Part shown: in pieces, positions 31,030 through 40,798 of the stretch | Numbering within the stretch: position 1 is the stretch's first letter | How the letters are laid out: every line of letters starts with the position of its first letter | Origin: Deltaproteobacteria bacterium | GTDB lineage: Bacteria; Myxococcota; Kuafuiibacteriia; Kuafuiibacteriales; Kuafuiibacteriaceae | NCBI GenBank assembly: GCA_040218735.1 | Contig: JAVJQW010000057.1 | Location: 352,001-416,000 of the forward strand | Reading direction: 5' to 3' | DNA length: 64,000 nucleotides | Translations under genes and position numbers: made by a program | The notes under the pieces: generated by a model | Told to the model about the DNA's origin: nothing | The model's database searches: none | Seen by the model: the letters and a program-made list of their open reading frames with translations, nothing else

Positions 31030-31577
31030 ACGGCCTCCGTGCGGACGAGCGCGGCGCGCAGGCGGTCGACCTGTCGCTGATAGTGTTCCCGGGCGCGGCG
31101 CAGCCGCGAGGCGACCGTGCCGCTGGGCAGGTCGAGATCCTCGGCGATCGCAGCCATCGTCATCCCCTCGAGCTCGAACAGCACGAAGACGGCGCGTTGC
31201 TCGTCCGACATGCCGTCGAGCACCTGATCGAGGAGCTCACGGGCTCGGCGTCGGTCCGAGAGCACGTCCGCCGCGGGGTGGGGGTCGGTGATGTCGTCGA
31301 GCGCGTCTTCCGAGCCGGCGGGGCGACGCGCGCGGGCGCGACGTGCGTCGGCGGCGACGCGGTACGCGGTGCTGAACAAGAACGCACGTTCCTTGCCGTC
31401 CTCGATGTCCTCGAGCCGCCGCGCTGCGACGATGAAGACCTCCTGGGCGGCGTCATCGACGTCATGGGTGCGAACGCCGAACCGGCGCAAGGACCGCCAA
31501 ACGAGGTCGTAGTGCTGATCGAACATGTCTTTCAGCCGCGCGCTGGTCGCCTTACACGCCCCCCCAGTCGGCGCCAC
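31026..31577 (-). CDS. ECF RNA polymerase sigma factor
   Basis: Region 2 VWRSLRRFGV...DDAAQEVF and region 4 EQRAVFVLFELEG...IAEDLDLPSGTVASRLRRAR. GTG start at 31577 with GGAGG upstream. Confidence 0.92.
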   Translation of the reverse strand: MAPTGGACKATSARLKDMFDQHYDLVWRSLRRFGVRTHDVDDAAQEVFIVAARRLEDIEDGKERAFLFSTAYRVAADARRARARRPAGSEDALDDITDPHPAADVLSDRRRARELLDQVLDGMSDEQRAVFVLFELEGMTMAAIAEDLDLPSGTVASRLRRAREHYQRQVDRLRAALVRTEAV

Positions 31578-31624
31578 GCTCCGACGTACCTCCCCCTGTG
31601 AATGGTCCCAGGGGGCCGACTTGA

Positions 31625-32557
31625 TCACCAAAAGATCACTCCCACCCCGGATTGTAACGCACCGGACACCGCGGAGGCGCGGTGGAGGGTCGTGTCGGGC
31701 CGCGCCGCGAACCGATCGCGCACGAGCACGACCTCGACCCGGAGCGCCGCCTCGACGAACACCCACGGCGACAGGAACCACTGACCGCGCGCGCGCGCGC
31801 CGACGGACGCGAACCCCCGCCCCACGTCCTGCGCCGCGGCCAAACCCGCGCCCGCCGCGAACAGCGCGCCCACCGTCGCGGCACCGCAGGGCTCGAGCTT
31901 CCACGCCCCCGAGGCGTAGGACCACGGGCACACCTCGATCCCCAAACCCACCGCGGTGAACCGCGCGAGGTCATCCGCGGTCGACCGACGACCCCAACGC
32001 AGCGCAGCACGGACGACCGGCCCCTCGACCGAACGGTCCACCGCCCCGTAGGCGACCTCGATCGGCGCAGACCAAGCGAGCCCCGGGAGGAGCCCCGCGT
32101 CCCCCGCGAGCCCGACCGCGACCGCCCACCTCGATGCCTCACGCGGCGTCACGCGTGACGGTCGCATGCGCAAGACAGGTTGCACGTTACCGAACGGCGG
32201 TGCGCTCTCGGGGGGCGGCGCCGGCGCGCGCGGTGGCGTGCGAAGGACGAGCGCGGCGATCAGCGCGAGCGCGGACGTGACTTCTGTGCAGTCCACCCCC
32301 GACACCCGGCGCGGCGCAAAAGCATGCGTGCCCTCTCGCACCACGAGGGTGCCTAGGTAGGCGCCGGCCGACGAAGTACGGACCTCGACGTGCAACGTCT
32401 GCGGGGAGGGCTCGTCGAGCGCGACGTTCGGCGCCCGTTGGCGCACGGCGGCGACGAACACCTGAGCGTCGGGACAGTCGTCGGGCGCGCGATAACGTAG
32501 GCGCTCCACTTCGGTCGTTTGACCGACCAGCGCGAGCACGACGATGGCGAGCACCAC
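31625..32557 (-). CDS. Exported protein with C-terminal beta-barrel-like region, ECF-cluster associated
   Basis: Signal peptide, LRYRAPDDCPD N-domain, Pro linker, and alternating amphipathic strands ending in aromatic FW. Confidence 0.7.
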   Translation of the reverse strand: MVLAIVVLALVGQTTEVERLRYRAPDDCPDAQVFVAAVRQRAPNVALDEPSPQTLHVEVRTSSAGAYLGTLVVREGTHAFAPRRVSGVDCTEVTSALALIAALVLRTPPRAPAPPPESAPPFGNVQPVLRMRPSRVTPREASRWAVAVGLAGDAGLLPGLAWSAPIEVAYGAVDRSVEGPVVRAALRWGRRSTADDLARFTAVGLGIEVCPWSYASGAWKLEPCGAATVGALFAAGAGLAAAQDVGRGFASVGARARGQWFLSPWVFVEAALRVEVVLVRDRFAARPDTTLHRASAVSGALQSGVGVIFW

Positions 32558-32566
32558 TTTTTCTTA

Positions 32567-32594
32567 GCGTGGTCCTTTTTCGTGATCAAAGTTC
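32567..32594 (-). promoter_or_regulatory. Possible ECF-type promoter for the sigma operon
   Basis: AT-rich island with GAACTT on the minus strand (32594-32589), a 16-nt spacer, and the GTG start about 10 nt after the -10 position. Confidence 0.3.
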
Positions 32595-32787
32595 AGGGCT
32601 CGCGCCATATCTATGAGTGGAGTGTGATGGTTCCTGTTCCTGCGCGGCTCGCTGCGCCGGATCGCATCCCTTCCAAGCGTGCGAAGCATCCAAGGGGGTG
32701 CGGTGGTCGCGTCGCCCCGCGACTACCGCATACCCCGCGGACCTTTCCTCCCGGCTTCGCCCCCCGCTGACCTGCTAGATTCGCAGC

Positions 32788-34890
32788 GTGGACCGCGACC
32801 GGTCTTACGCATGGGCTGCCGCGATCGCGTGGGCGATCGCGATCTTCTGTACGGTACCGCTCGCGCGAACCGTGCAGCGGTGGGTCGACGCGACGGTCGG
32901 CCGCCAAGCGTTCACGTACATCGTGCTCGCGGCCGGGGTCGTCGCGGTCGTCTTCGCCGTTCGAACCATTCGGCGCGCCGGCATCTCGTGGCGCGGGTAC
33001 GGCTGGCTCGCGGCGAGCGCCGTGACGTTCGCCGTGTACACCTTCGGTCTCGACGCCTCGCCGGAGGAGTCGTTTCACTTCGTCGAGTACGGCGTGCTCG
33101 CGTTGCTGTTGTTCCGCGCGCTCTCGAAGGGCGGCGCCGACCTCACGATCTACGGAACGACGTTCCTCCTCGGCGCCTCGGTGGGGGTCGTGGACGAAGG
33201 CATCCAGTGGCTGATCCCCGAGCGCGTCTGGGACCTGCGCGACATCGGGCTCAACGCGCTCGGCGTCGCGCTCGTCGTGGTCCCGATCGCCTTCGGCATC
33301 CAACCCGAGCACGTCGAACGAAGAATCACGCGACGCGGAGTGCGCCAGCTCCTCCGCGCGTACTTCTTGTTCCTGCTCCTCCTCGGTCCGTGCCTGCTCA
33401 ACACGCCGGCGCGCATCACCTGGTACGCGTCGCGGGTGCCGGGGCTCGGGTACCTGCTCGAGAACGAGAGCCTGATGATCCAGTACGGGTTCCTCTACGA
33501 CGATCCCGACATCGGGCGCTTCCGATCGCGCTTCGCCCCGGACGCGCTCGCCGAGACCGACCGCCAGCGCGCACCCGACGCCGCGAAGATCCTCGACCGC
33601 TATGCGCGCGGCGAACAGTACGGGCCGTTCCTGAAGATCTACACGGCGCGGAAGGATCCGTTCGTCCACGAAGCGCGCGTGCACCTGTTCCGCCGCAACC
33701 ACTACATCCGCGCGTCGAAGGTCCTGAAGCCGGGTCACCCGAAGCGGAAGGAGCAATACGGCATCGTGGTGCGCGAGAACCAGATCCTCGAGAAGTACTT
33801 CCCGCAGACGCTCGCGACGTCGACCACCGCCACGCTTCCCCCCGATCAGCTGAAGAAGATCCGCGCGGAGGCGGAGCTGGATCCGGACTACGAGAGCCCG
33901 GTGAGCATGGCGCTCTTCACGCGAATCGGCGAACGTTCCGTGGTGATCGGCCTCTTCGTCGCGGTGCTGCTCGGGTTCGGCGCACGACGGCGCGCCATCG
34001 CGCTTCTCGCGATCATCGTGGCGTCGTGCGCCGCGCCCCCCGTTTCGAAGACACACGACGAGCTCGCGCTCGACCTCGTGTTCTTCACGGACGTCCACGC
34101 ACGAACCGAATGGCAGACCCCCGACGCCCTCGCCCTCGCGGCGAAGCGCATCAACGCGGAGCGACCTCAGCTCGTGATCGCCGGCGGCGACGTGATCACC
34201 GACGGCTTCCAGTCGACCGCGGAGGTCGTCGCGCCGCGGTGGCGCGCGTACCTGAAGATGGCGAACGCGATCGAGGCTCCGCTGCGTCACGTGATCGGGA
34301 ACCACGACCTCGTCGCCGCGGACCCGGACGACGGTTCACCGGCCGCCGCCGACCCGCGCGCCATCTGGCGCGAGAAGACCGGCGAGCCGAACAGCTACTT
34401 CTCGTTCGATCACGCCGGGTACCACTTCGTGTTCCTCGACTCGATCGAAGTCGGCGGCCCGTTGCGTTATCGCGGCCACGTGAGTGAAGCGCAGCTCGCG
34501 TGGCTCGACGAGGACCTCGCGAAGGTCGAGCCCGGAACGCCGATCGTCGCGGCGACCCACATCCCTCTGCTCACGACGTTCTACGCGGCGACCCGCGGCA
34601 GCACCGTCGCGGCGCCGCTCAACCGGGTCATCACCAACAACCGCGAAGTGCTCGACAAATTCGAAGGCCACGATCTCGTGCTCGTGCTGCAAGGCCACTT
34701 GCACGCGAGCGAAGTCATCGTGTGGCGCGGCGTTACTTTCCTAACGGGCGGCGCGTTGTCGGCGAAGTGGTGGCGCGGCCCCTGGCAGGGAACGGAGGAA
34801 GGTTTCACGGTCGTACGGCTGCGCGGGAGACACGTCGATTCGCGTTACGTCGACCTCGGGTGGGAAGCGCGACGTCCGGCGTCGGACTGA
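32788..34890 (+). CDS. VanZ-like membrane domain fused to a calcineurin-like metallophosphoesterase
   Basis: VanZ-like HFVEYGVL...DEGIQWLIPERVWDLRDIGLN, plus phosphoesterase motifs TDVH, GGDV, GNHD, THIP and GHLH. Confidence 0.85.
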   Translation: MDRDRSYAWAAAIAWAIAIFCTVPLARTVQRWVDATVGRQAFTYIVLAAGVVAVVFAVRTIRRAGISWRGYGWLAASAVTFAVYTFGLDASPEESFHFVEYGVLALLLFRALSKGGADLTIYGTTFLLGASVGVVDEGIQWLIPERVWDLRDIGLNALGVALVVVPIAFGIQPEHVERRITRRGVRQLLRAYFLFLLLLGPCLLNTPARITWYASRVPGLGYLLENESLMIQYGFLYDDPDIGRFRSRFAPDALAETDRQRAPDAAKILDRYARGEQYGPFLKIYTARKDPFVHEARVHLFRRNHYIRASKVLKPGHPKRKEQYGIVVRENQILEKYFPQTLATSTTATLPPDQLKKIRAEAELDPDYESPVSMALFTRIGERSVVIGLFVAVLLGFGARRRAIALLAIIVASCAAPPVSKTHDELALDLVFFTDVHARTEWQTPDALALAAKRINAERPQLVIAGGDVITDGFQSTAEVVAPRWRAYLKMANAIEAPLRHVIGNHDLVAADPDDGSPAAADPRAIWREKTGEPNSYFSFDHAGYHFVFLDSIEVGGPLRYRGHVSEAQLAWLDEDLAKVEPGTPIVAATHIPLLTTFYAATRGSTVAAPLNRVITNNREVLDKFEGHDLVLVLQGHLHASEVIVWRGVTFLTGGALSAKWWRGPWQGTEEGFTVVRLRGRHVDSRYVDLGWEARRPASD

Positions 34891-34939
34891 CACGGTCGTC
34901 ATCCTGGCCGAGCGCGGCGCGACGGCGGTACAGTCGACC

Positions 34940-36970
34940 ATGCTCCGCGAACGTTCTGCGCTCTTCGCCGCCGCGCTCCTCTGCGCCTGCTCGGACTCCA
35001 CCGAAGACCTGTTGAACGACGCCGGGCCCCAGAGCGTCGACGCCGCGGTCGAGGACGGCGGAACACACGACGCGGGCGCGACGGAGACACCGAGGGATGG
35101 AGGCGTGACGATGATGGACGCCGGAGCACGCGAAACGGTGGACGTGCTCTTCGTCGGCAACAGCTACACCACGTCGAACGACGTCGCCGGACTCACCGCC
35201 GCCCAGCTACGAACCGAATCCCAAGACGTGCGGTACGAGACCGTTGCGCCCGGTGGTCGTCGCCTCGAACAACACGCGGCCGACGCACGCACCGACGGCA
35301 CCGCGCTGACGCGCTGGCTTCGAACCGGCTCCGCCGAGGAGACGGCGTTCGACGCGGTCGTCCTCCAGGAGCAGAGCCAGATCGGCGGCTTCCCGGTCTA
35401 CGCCGCGGAGCGACGCGCTTCGATCGACGCGGCGATCGAGCTCACCCAACGCGCACGCGACCGCGGCGCACGCGTCGTGCTCTACATGACGTGGGGCCGC
35501 GCGCGAGGTGATGCCGCCAACGCGATCATCGGCTACGGCACGTTCCTCTCCATGCAGGCGCTCCTCGACGAGGGCTACGTCTCACTCGCGACCTACCTCG
35601 AAGCCGAAGGTTTCGACGTCGCGGTCGCACCCGTGGGCGGCGGGTTCCGCATCGTCTACGAGGACGTCCTCGCGGCCGGGCAGGATCCCCTGGACGCCGA
35701 CAGCGACTTCATAGCGCTCTATCAGGAAGACGGCAGCCACCCCTCCGAACGCGGCGCGTACCTCGCCGCCTGCATCCTCGCGCGGACGATCGATCCCGAC
35801 CTCGATCCGAGCGCCATCGAGGACCACCCGAACCTCGGCCCGAACGTGTCGTCCGCCCTCCGCGACGTGTGCCACCGCGCGATCCACGACCGCCGCTGGC
35901 GTGTGCCGACGCTCGTCGAAGCCGACGCCGAGCTGCGCGGCAACGTACTGCAGGGCGAGCAGTTCGGCTTCGACGTCGCCCTCGACGGCACGGGCACGCG
36001 GCTCCTCGTCGGTGCGCGCGGTCCGGCGCCGGACGGCAGCGCGAGTGTGTTCGTCCGCGACCCCGATTGGCGCGAAGAGGTGCGGTGGAGCAGCACGCCG
36101 GGTTTCGGCGGGAGCGTCGCCCTCGACGACGCGGGCGCGTTGGCGCTCGTCCAGTCGCCGTGGTCCGAATTCGAGCGCGACGACAACTGGACCTCCGTCG
36201 TGCGCGCGGGCGCCCCGACCTGGCGCGGCCACGTCCGCGTCAGCGGCGACGGCACGCGCGTGCTGGTGTCACGTCGCACCGAAGAGTCGACGCTCATCGC
36301 GGCGCATGTGCTCGAACGCGACGGTGAAGGCTGGTCGAGCACGCCGCTCGACACACGCGCCACGAGTTTCGCCGACGATGCGTCGTTCGCGCTCGACACA
36401 CTCGGCGACCGCGTCGTCGTGGCTGCGACCGGCAGCACCGTCGCGTTCGTTTTCGAGCACGATGGCTCGAATTGGACCCAAGAGGTCGCGCTGAAGACGC
36501 GTCTTCTCGACGGTCGCACAGTAGACCTGAACCGGGTCGTCGCGATCTCGGGAGACGGCACTCGCGTTTTCGTCGGTCTCCTCGATCACGACGCCGTGAT
36601 CACCTTCGAGCGCACCGGCGCTACGTGGACGGAGCGCACCTCGCTCTTCGGTCCGCCGAACAGTCGCTTCGGCACTTCGGTCGCGACCAACGAGGACGGG
36701 AGCCGCCTCCTCGTCGGTGCCCCCCGCGACGGGCCGGTCGCGCTGCGTCGCTTCGCGGGGAGCGCGCGGGTCTACGAACACGACGGTGTCGGCTTCGCGG
36801 TGAGCCGACTCCTCGTGCCGCCCCCGGGAGACGTCGCGGACATCCTCGAGGGCTTCGGTACCTCGATCGATCTCTCCGTGGATGGGAACGTCGCAGCGGT
36901 CGGTGCGCCGTCGAAGACCTCCGAGGACGGTGACTACGCGGGCGCGGTGTACCCGTTCCCCCTCGACTGA
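34940..36970 (+). CDS. Lipoprotein: SGNH-hydrolase-like domain plus FG-GAP beta-propeller
   Basis: Lipobox LCAC, VLFVGNSYT, VVLQEQS, LYMTW and DGSHPS, followed by repeated FGxxVA...LLVGA motifs. Confidence 0.85.
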   Translation: MLRERSALFAAALLCACSDSTEDLLNDAGPQSVDAAVEDGGTHDAGATETPRDGGVTMMDAGARETVDVLFVGNSYTTSNDVAGLTAAQLRTESQDVRYETVAPGGRRLEQHAADARTDGTALTRWLRTGSAEETAFDAVVLQEQSQIGGFPVYAAERRASIDAAIELTQRARDRGARVVLYMTWGRARGDAANAIIGYGTFLSMQALLDEGYVSLATYLEAEGFDVAVAPVGGGFRIVYEDVLAAGQDPLDADSDFIALYQEDGSHPSERGAYLAACILARTIDPDLDPSAIEDHPNLGPNVSSALRDVCHRAIHDRRWRVPTLVEADAELRGNVLQGEQFGFDVALDGTGTRLLVGARGPAPDGSASVFVRDPDWREEVRWSSTPGFGGSVALDDAGALALVQSPWSEFERDDNWTSVVRAGAPTWRGHVRVSGDGTRVLVSRRTEESTLIAAHVLERDGEGWSSTPLDTRATSFADDASFALDTLGDRVVVAATGSTVAFVFEHDGSNWTQEVALKTRLLDGRTVDLNRVVAISGDGTRVFVGLLDHDAVITFERTGATWTERTSLFGPPNSRFGTSVATNEDGSRLLVGAPRDGPVALRRFAGSARVYEHDGVGFAVSRLLVPPPGDVADILEGFGTSIDLSVDGNVAAVGAPSKTSEDGDYAGAVYPFPLD

Positions 36971-36971
36971 C

Positions 36972-37250
36972 TCAGCGCTTCGCTTCGTCGATGCCGAGCG
37001 CGCGGTAGACGCGCGTGAGATCGCCGAGGTCGCCGAGCAGTCGCCGCACCGGCAAGCTGGGCGGACAGAGCAACGTCGGCGTGGCGAGGACCCGTTGCTC
37101 CTCCGCGATCTCGGGCTGTTCAACGACGTCGATGATCTCGAGCGCGTACCCTTTGAACACGCCGTCCGTGACCAGGGCGCGCGCGACCTGAATCGCACGC
37201 TGCGCGTGCGTCGTCCGACCCGTCACGAAGAGCTGGAAACCTACCGACAC
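36972..37250 (-). CDS. kaiB: KaiB-family protein
   Basis: LFVTGRT..AQRAI, YALEIIDVVEQPEIAEEQRVLATPTL and PVRRLLGDL follow the KaiB consensus closely. Confidence 0.85.
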   Translation of the reverse strand: MSVGFQLFVTGRTTHAQRAIQVARALVTDGVFKGYALEIIDVVEQPEIAEEQRVLATPTLLCPPSLPVRRLLGDLGDLTRVYRALGIDEAKR

Positions 37251-37262
37251 GTTCGACAGAGG

Positions 37263-40200
37263 CTACATATTCCGACGGTACTGTCCACCGACCGCGTAGA
37301 GCGCGTGCGAAATTTGGCCGAGCGTGCACACCTGGGTTGCACGCATGAGCGAAGCAAACAGGTTCTCACGCCGAGACGCCGCCGCCGCCAACTCACCGAG
37401 CGCAACGCTTGCAGTCTCCGCATTGCGCGTTTTGAAGGTATCCCGCGCCGCGATCGCGGAGGCCTTCTCGTCCACCGTCGACCGGATGACTTCCTCCGGG
37501 ATGATCGTGGGCGAGCCCTTACTGTCGAGGAAGGTGTTCACGCCGACGATCGGCATCGCGCCGGAGTGCTTCAACGTCTCGTAGTGCAGCGACTCGTCCT
37601 GAATCTTGCTGCGCTGGTACATGCGCTCCATCGCGCCGAGCACGCCGCCGCGATCCGAGATGCGCCGGAACTCCTCGAGCACCGCAGCCTCCACGAGATC
37701 CGTGAGCTCCTCGATGATGAACGCGCCTTGAATCGGGTTCTCGTTCTTGGAAAGCCCCAGCTCCTTGTTGATGATCAGCTGAATCGCCATCGCGCGGCGC
37801 ACACTCTCCTCGGTCGGCGTCGTGATCGCCTCGTCGTAAGCGTTGGTGTGCAATGAGTTGCAGTTGTCGTTGAGCGCGTACAGCGCCTGCAACGTGGTGC
37901 GGATGTCGTTGAAGCCGATCTCCTGCGCGTGCAGCGAACGCCCCGAAGTCTGGATGTGGTACTTCAGCTTCTGCGAGCGCGCGCTCGCGCCGTACTTCTC
38001 ACGCAGCGTCTTCGCCCAAATACGCCGCGCGACGCGGCCGATCACCGAGTACTCGGGGTCGATGCCGTTGCTGAAGAAGAAGGAGAGATTCGGCGCGAAG
38101 TCATCGATCGCCATCCCGCGCGACAGGTAATATTCGATGTACGTGAACCCATTCGCCAACGTGAAGGCGAGCTGGGTGATCGGGTTCGCTCCGGCCTCTG
38201 CGATGTGATAGCCGGAGATCGACACCGAGTAGAAGTTCTTCACGCCCCAGTCGATGAAGTACTGCTGGATGTCACCCATCATCCTCAGCGCGAACTCCGT
38301 CGAGAAGATGCACGTGTTCTGCGCCTGGTCCTCCTTGAGGATGTCGGCCTGCACCGTGCCGCGCACCGTCGCGAGGGTCTCCTTCTTGATGCGTTCGTAG
38401 GTCTCGCGCGGGAGCACCTCGTCACCGGTGACTCCGAGGAGCAACAAACCCAGACCGTCGTTCCCGGGCGGGAGCTCGCCGCGGTAGGTCGGCGCCTCGA
38501 CGCCGCGCGCCGCGAAGATCTCGGCGAGCTTCTTCTTCGTCTCGTCGACCTTCCCCTCCGCGTGGATGTACTTCTCACACTGCTGATCGATCGCAGCGTT
38601 GAAGAAGAACCCGAGCACCATCGGCGCCGGGCCGTTGATGGTCATCGACACACTCGTCCGCGGGTCACAAAGATCGAACCCCGAGTAGAGGCGCTTCGCG
38701 TCGTCGAGCGTCGCGATACTCACCCCGGAGTTACCGACCTTCCCGTAGATGTCCGGCCGGTGGTCCGGGTCCTCGCCGTACAGGGTCACGGAGTCGAACG
38801 CCGTCGACAGGCGCTTCGCCGGCATCCCCGCCGACACGTAGTGGAAGCGGCGGTTGGTCCGCTCCGGGCCGCCCTCCCCCGCGAACATGCGCGCGGGATC
38901 TTCGCCCTGGCGTTTCAGCGGAAAGACCCCGGCGGTGAACGGGAAGTAGCCCGGTGCGTTCTCACGCAGCAGCCACTTCAGGACGTCGCCCCAGTCCCGG
39001 TACGACGGCAGCGCGACCTTCGGCACGCGCGTCCCGGAGAGGGACTCCGTGAACAGATCCTGCTCGATGACCTTGTCGCGCACCGTGAAGCGGTACTTGT
39101 CCGCCTTGTAGCGCGCCTTCATATCCGGCCAGTCCTCGAGGAGCTTCTTCGCGCGGTGGTCGAGCTTCTGCTCGAGCGTGGTGTAACGGCGCACGAGATC
39201 CTGCACCGCCTCCGGCTCCTCGGTGACGACCTCCATCGCCTGCACGATCGACGCGTCGTCGGTGTCGACGAGCTCCACCTTCTTCTCGCCGACGTTCTGG
39301 CGCAGCAGACGAATCGCGCCGTCGAGCTGGTACATCTGACGCGCGATGCGGCACTGCTGATCGACCCAGTCGTCGTACCCGGTGCAGGTCTCGGAGATCT
39401 CCGCGAGGTAACGCGTCCGCTCCGGCGGGATGACGTAGATCTTCTCGCTCTCGCCCTCCCCCTTCGCGACCTTCGACGTGAGCTTCGCGCCCGTGCGCGT
39501 CACGAGCAGATCGATCAACTTCGCGTAGAGCTGGTCCACACCCGGGTCGCCCCACTGCGATGCGATGGTGCCGAGGATCGGGAGGTCTTCGTCGGCGGCC
39601 TCGAACTGCTGGTGGTTGCGTTTGTACTGCTTGCGGACGTCGCGCAGCGCGTCGAGCGAGCCGCGTTTGTCGAACTTGTTGATCGCGATGGCGTCGGCGA
39701 AGTCGAGCATGTCGATCTTCTCGAGCTGCGTCGCCGCGCCGTACTCCGAGGTCATCACGTACAGCGACACGTCGGAGTGCTCGGTGATCTCGGTGTCGCT
39801 CTGGCCGATGCCGGAGGTCTCGACGATCACCACGTCGAAGCCCGCCGCCTTCGCGACGTCGATCGACGCCTGTACGTGCTTCGACAGCGCGAGGTTCGAC
39901 TGCCGCGTCGCGAGCGAACGCATGTACACCCGCGCGTCACTCGCCGCGTTCATGCGGATGCGATCGCCAAGCAGCGCGCCGCCCGTCTTGCGCTTCGACG
40001 GGTCGACGGAGATCACCGCGATCGTCTCGCTGTCGAAGTCGGCGAGGAAGCGCCGCACGAGCTCATCGACGAGCGACGACTTGCCGCTGCCGCCGGTGCC
40101 GGTCACGCCGAGCACGGGGACGACACGATCGCCGGTGCGCTGCGCGAGGAGCGGCTTCAGGCGCTCTTGCTCCTCCGGGAAGTTCTCGACCACGGAGATC

Positions 40201-40706
40201 ATCCGGCCGACGCCCTGGTGGTCGGCGGTCGACAGCGTGTCGACGGAGACCTGGTCGGGGCGCGTCGTCTCGAAGTCACACTTTTCGAGCAGGTCGTTGA
40301 TCATCCCCTGCAGGCCCATCTCGCGGCCGTCGTCCGGGGAGTAGATGCGGTCGACGCCGTAGGCGTGCAGCTCTTCGATTTCGGTGGGGAGGATGGTGCC
40401 GCCGCCGCCACCGAAGATGCGGATGTTGGAGCCGGCCGCCTTCAGGAGGTCGTACATGTACTTGAAGTACTCGACATGGCCGCCCTGGTAGGACGTCACG
40501 GCGATGCCCTGCACGTCCTCCTGAATGGCGCAGTCGACGATCTCTTGCACCGAGCGGTTGTGTCCCAGGTGAATCACCTCGGCGCCGGAGGCCTGGATGA
40601 TGCGCCGCATGACGTTGATCGCGGCGTCGTGGCCGTCGAAGAGCGACGCGGCCGTCACGATGCGGACGTGGTGTTGCGGCTGGTACCTCGGGACGGTCTT
40701 CGTCAC
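37263..40706 (-). CDS. icmF: Fused isobutyryl-CoA mutase/GTPase IcmF
   Basis: N-terminal B12 domain FDGHDAAIN, GTPase [20 protein letters not shown], and mutase RMFAGEG (Phe specificity residue) and [13 protein letters not shown] start at 40706 preferred. Confidence 0.96.
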   Translation of the reverse strand: MTKTVPRYQPQHHVRIVTAASLFDGHDAAINVMRRIIQASGAEVIHLGHNRSVQEIVDCAIQEDVQGIAVTSYQGGHVEYFKYMYDLLKAAGSNIRIFGGGGGTILPTEIEELHAYGVDRIYSPDDGREMGLQGMINDLLEKCDFETTRPDQVSVDTLSTADHQGVGRMISVVENFPEEQERLKPLLAQRTGDRVVPVLGVTGTGGSGKSSLVDELVRRFLADFDSETIAVISVDPSKRKTGGALLGDRIRMNAASDARVYMRSLATRQSNLALSKHVQASIDVAKAAGFDVVIVETSGIGQSDTEITEHSDVSLYVMTSEYGAATQLEKIDMLDFADAIAINKFDKRGSLDALRDVRKQYKRNHQQFEAADEDLPILGTIASQWGDPGVDQLYAKLIDLLVTRTGAKLTSKVAKGEGESEKIYVIPPERTRYLAEISETCTGYDDWVDQQCRIARQMYQLDGAIRLLRQNVGEKKVELVDTDDASIVQAMEVVTEEPEAVQDLVRRYTTLEQKLDHRAKKLLEDWPDMKARYKADKYRFTVRDKVIEQDLFTESLSGTRVPKVALPSYRDWGDVLKWLLRENAPGYFPFTAGVFPLKRQGEDPARMFAGEGGPERTNRRFHYVSAGMPAKRLSTAFDSVTLYGEDPDHRPDIYGKVGNSGVSIATLDDAKRLYSGFDLCDPRTSVSMTINGPAPMVLGFFFNAAIDQQCEKYIHAEGKVDETKKKLAEIFAARGVEAPTYRGELPPGNDGLGLLLLGVTGDEVLPRETYERIKKETLATVRGTVQADILKEDQAQNTCIFSTEFALRMMGDIQQYFIDWGVKNFYSVSISGYHIAEAGANPITQLAFTLANGFTYIEYYLSRGMAIDDFAPNLSFFFSNGIDPEYSVIGRVARRIWAKTLREKYGASARSQKLKYHIQTSGRSLHAQEIGFNDIRTTLQALYALNDNCNSLHTNAYDEAITTPTEESVRRAMAIQLIINKELGLSKNENPIQGAFIIEELTDLVEAAVLEEFRRISDRGGVLGAMERMYQRSKIQDESLHYETLKHSGAMPIVGVNTFLDSKGSPTIIPEEVIRSTVDEKASAIAARDTFKTRNAETASVALGELAAAASRRENLFASLMRATQVCTLGQISHALYAVGGQYRRNM

Positions 40707-40798
40707 GTCGTAGACGTACGGGAGGGCCCCGAGCGGGTCAAACGAACAGTGGGCCCCACGTGGACTTGCCGAACGCACCCGGTTAGAGCTTTGGGGCC

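Noticed and set aside
36972-37250. A complete circadian clock locus
   Set aside because: Only kaiB is present; no kaiA or kaiC is in the window.
40707-40798. Cobalamin riboswitch ahead of the mutases
   Set aside because: The gap is too short and no B12-box is recognisable.
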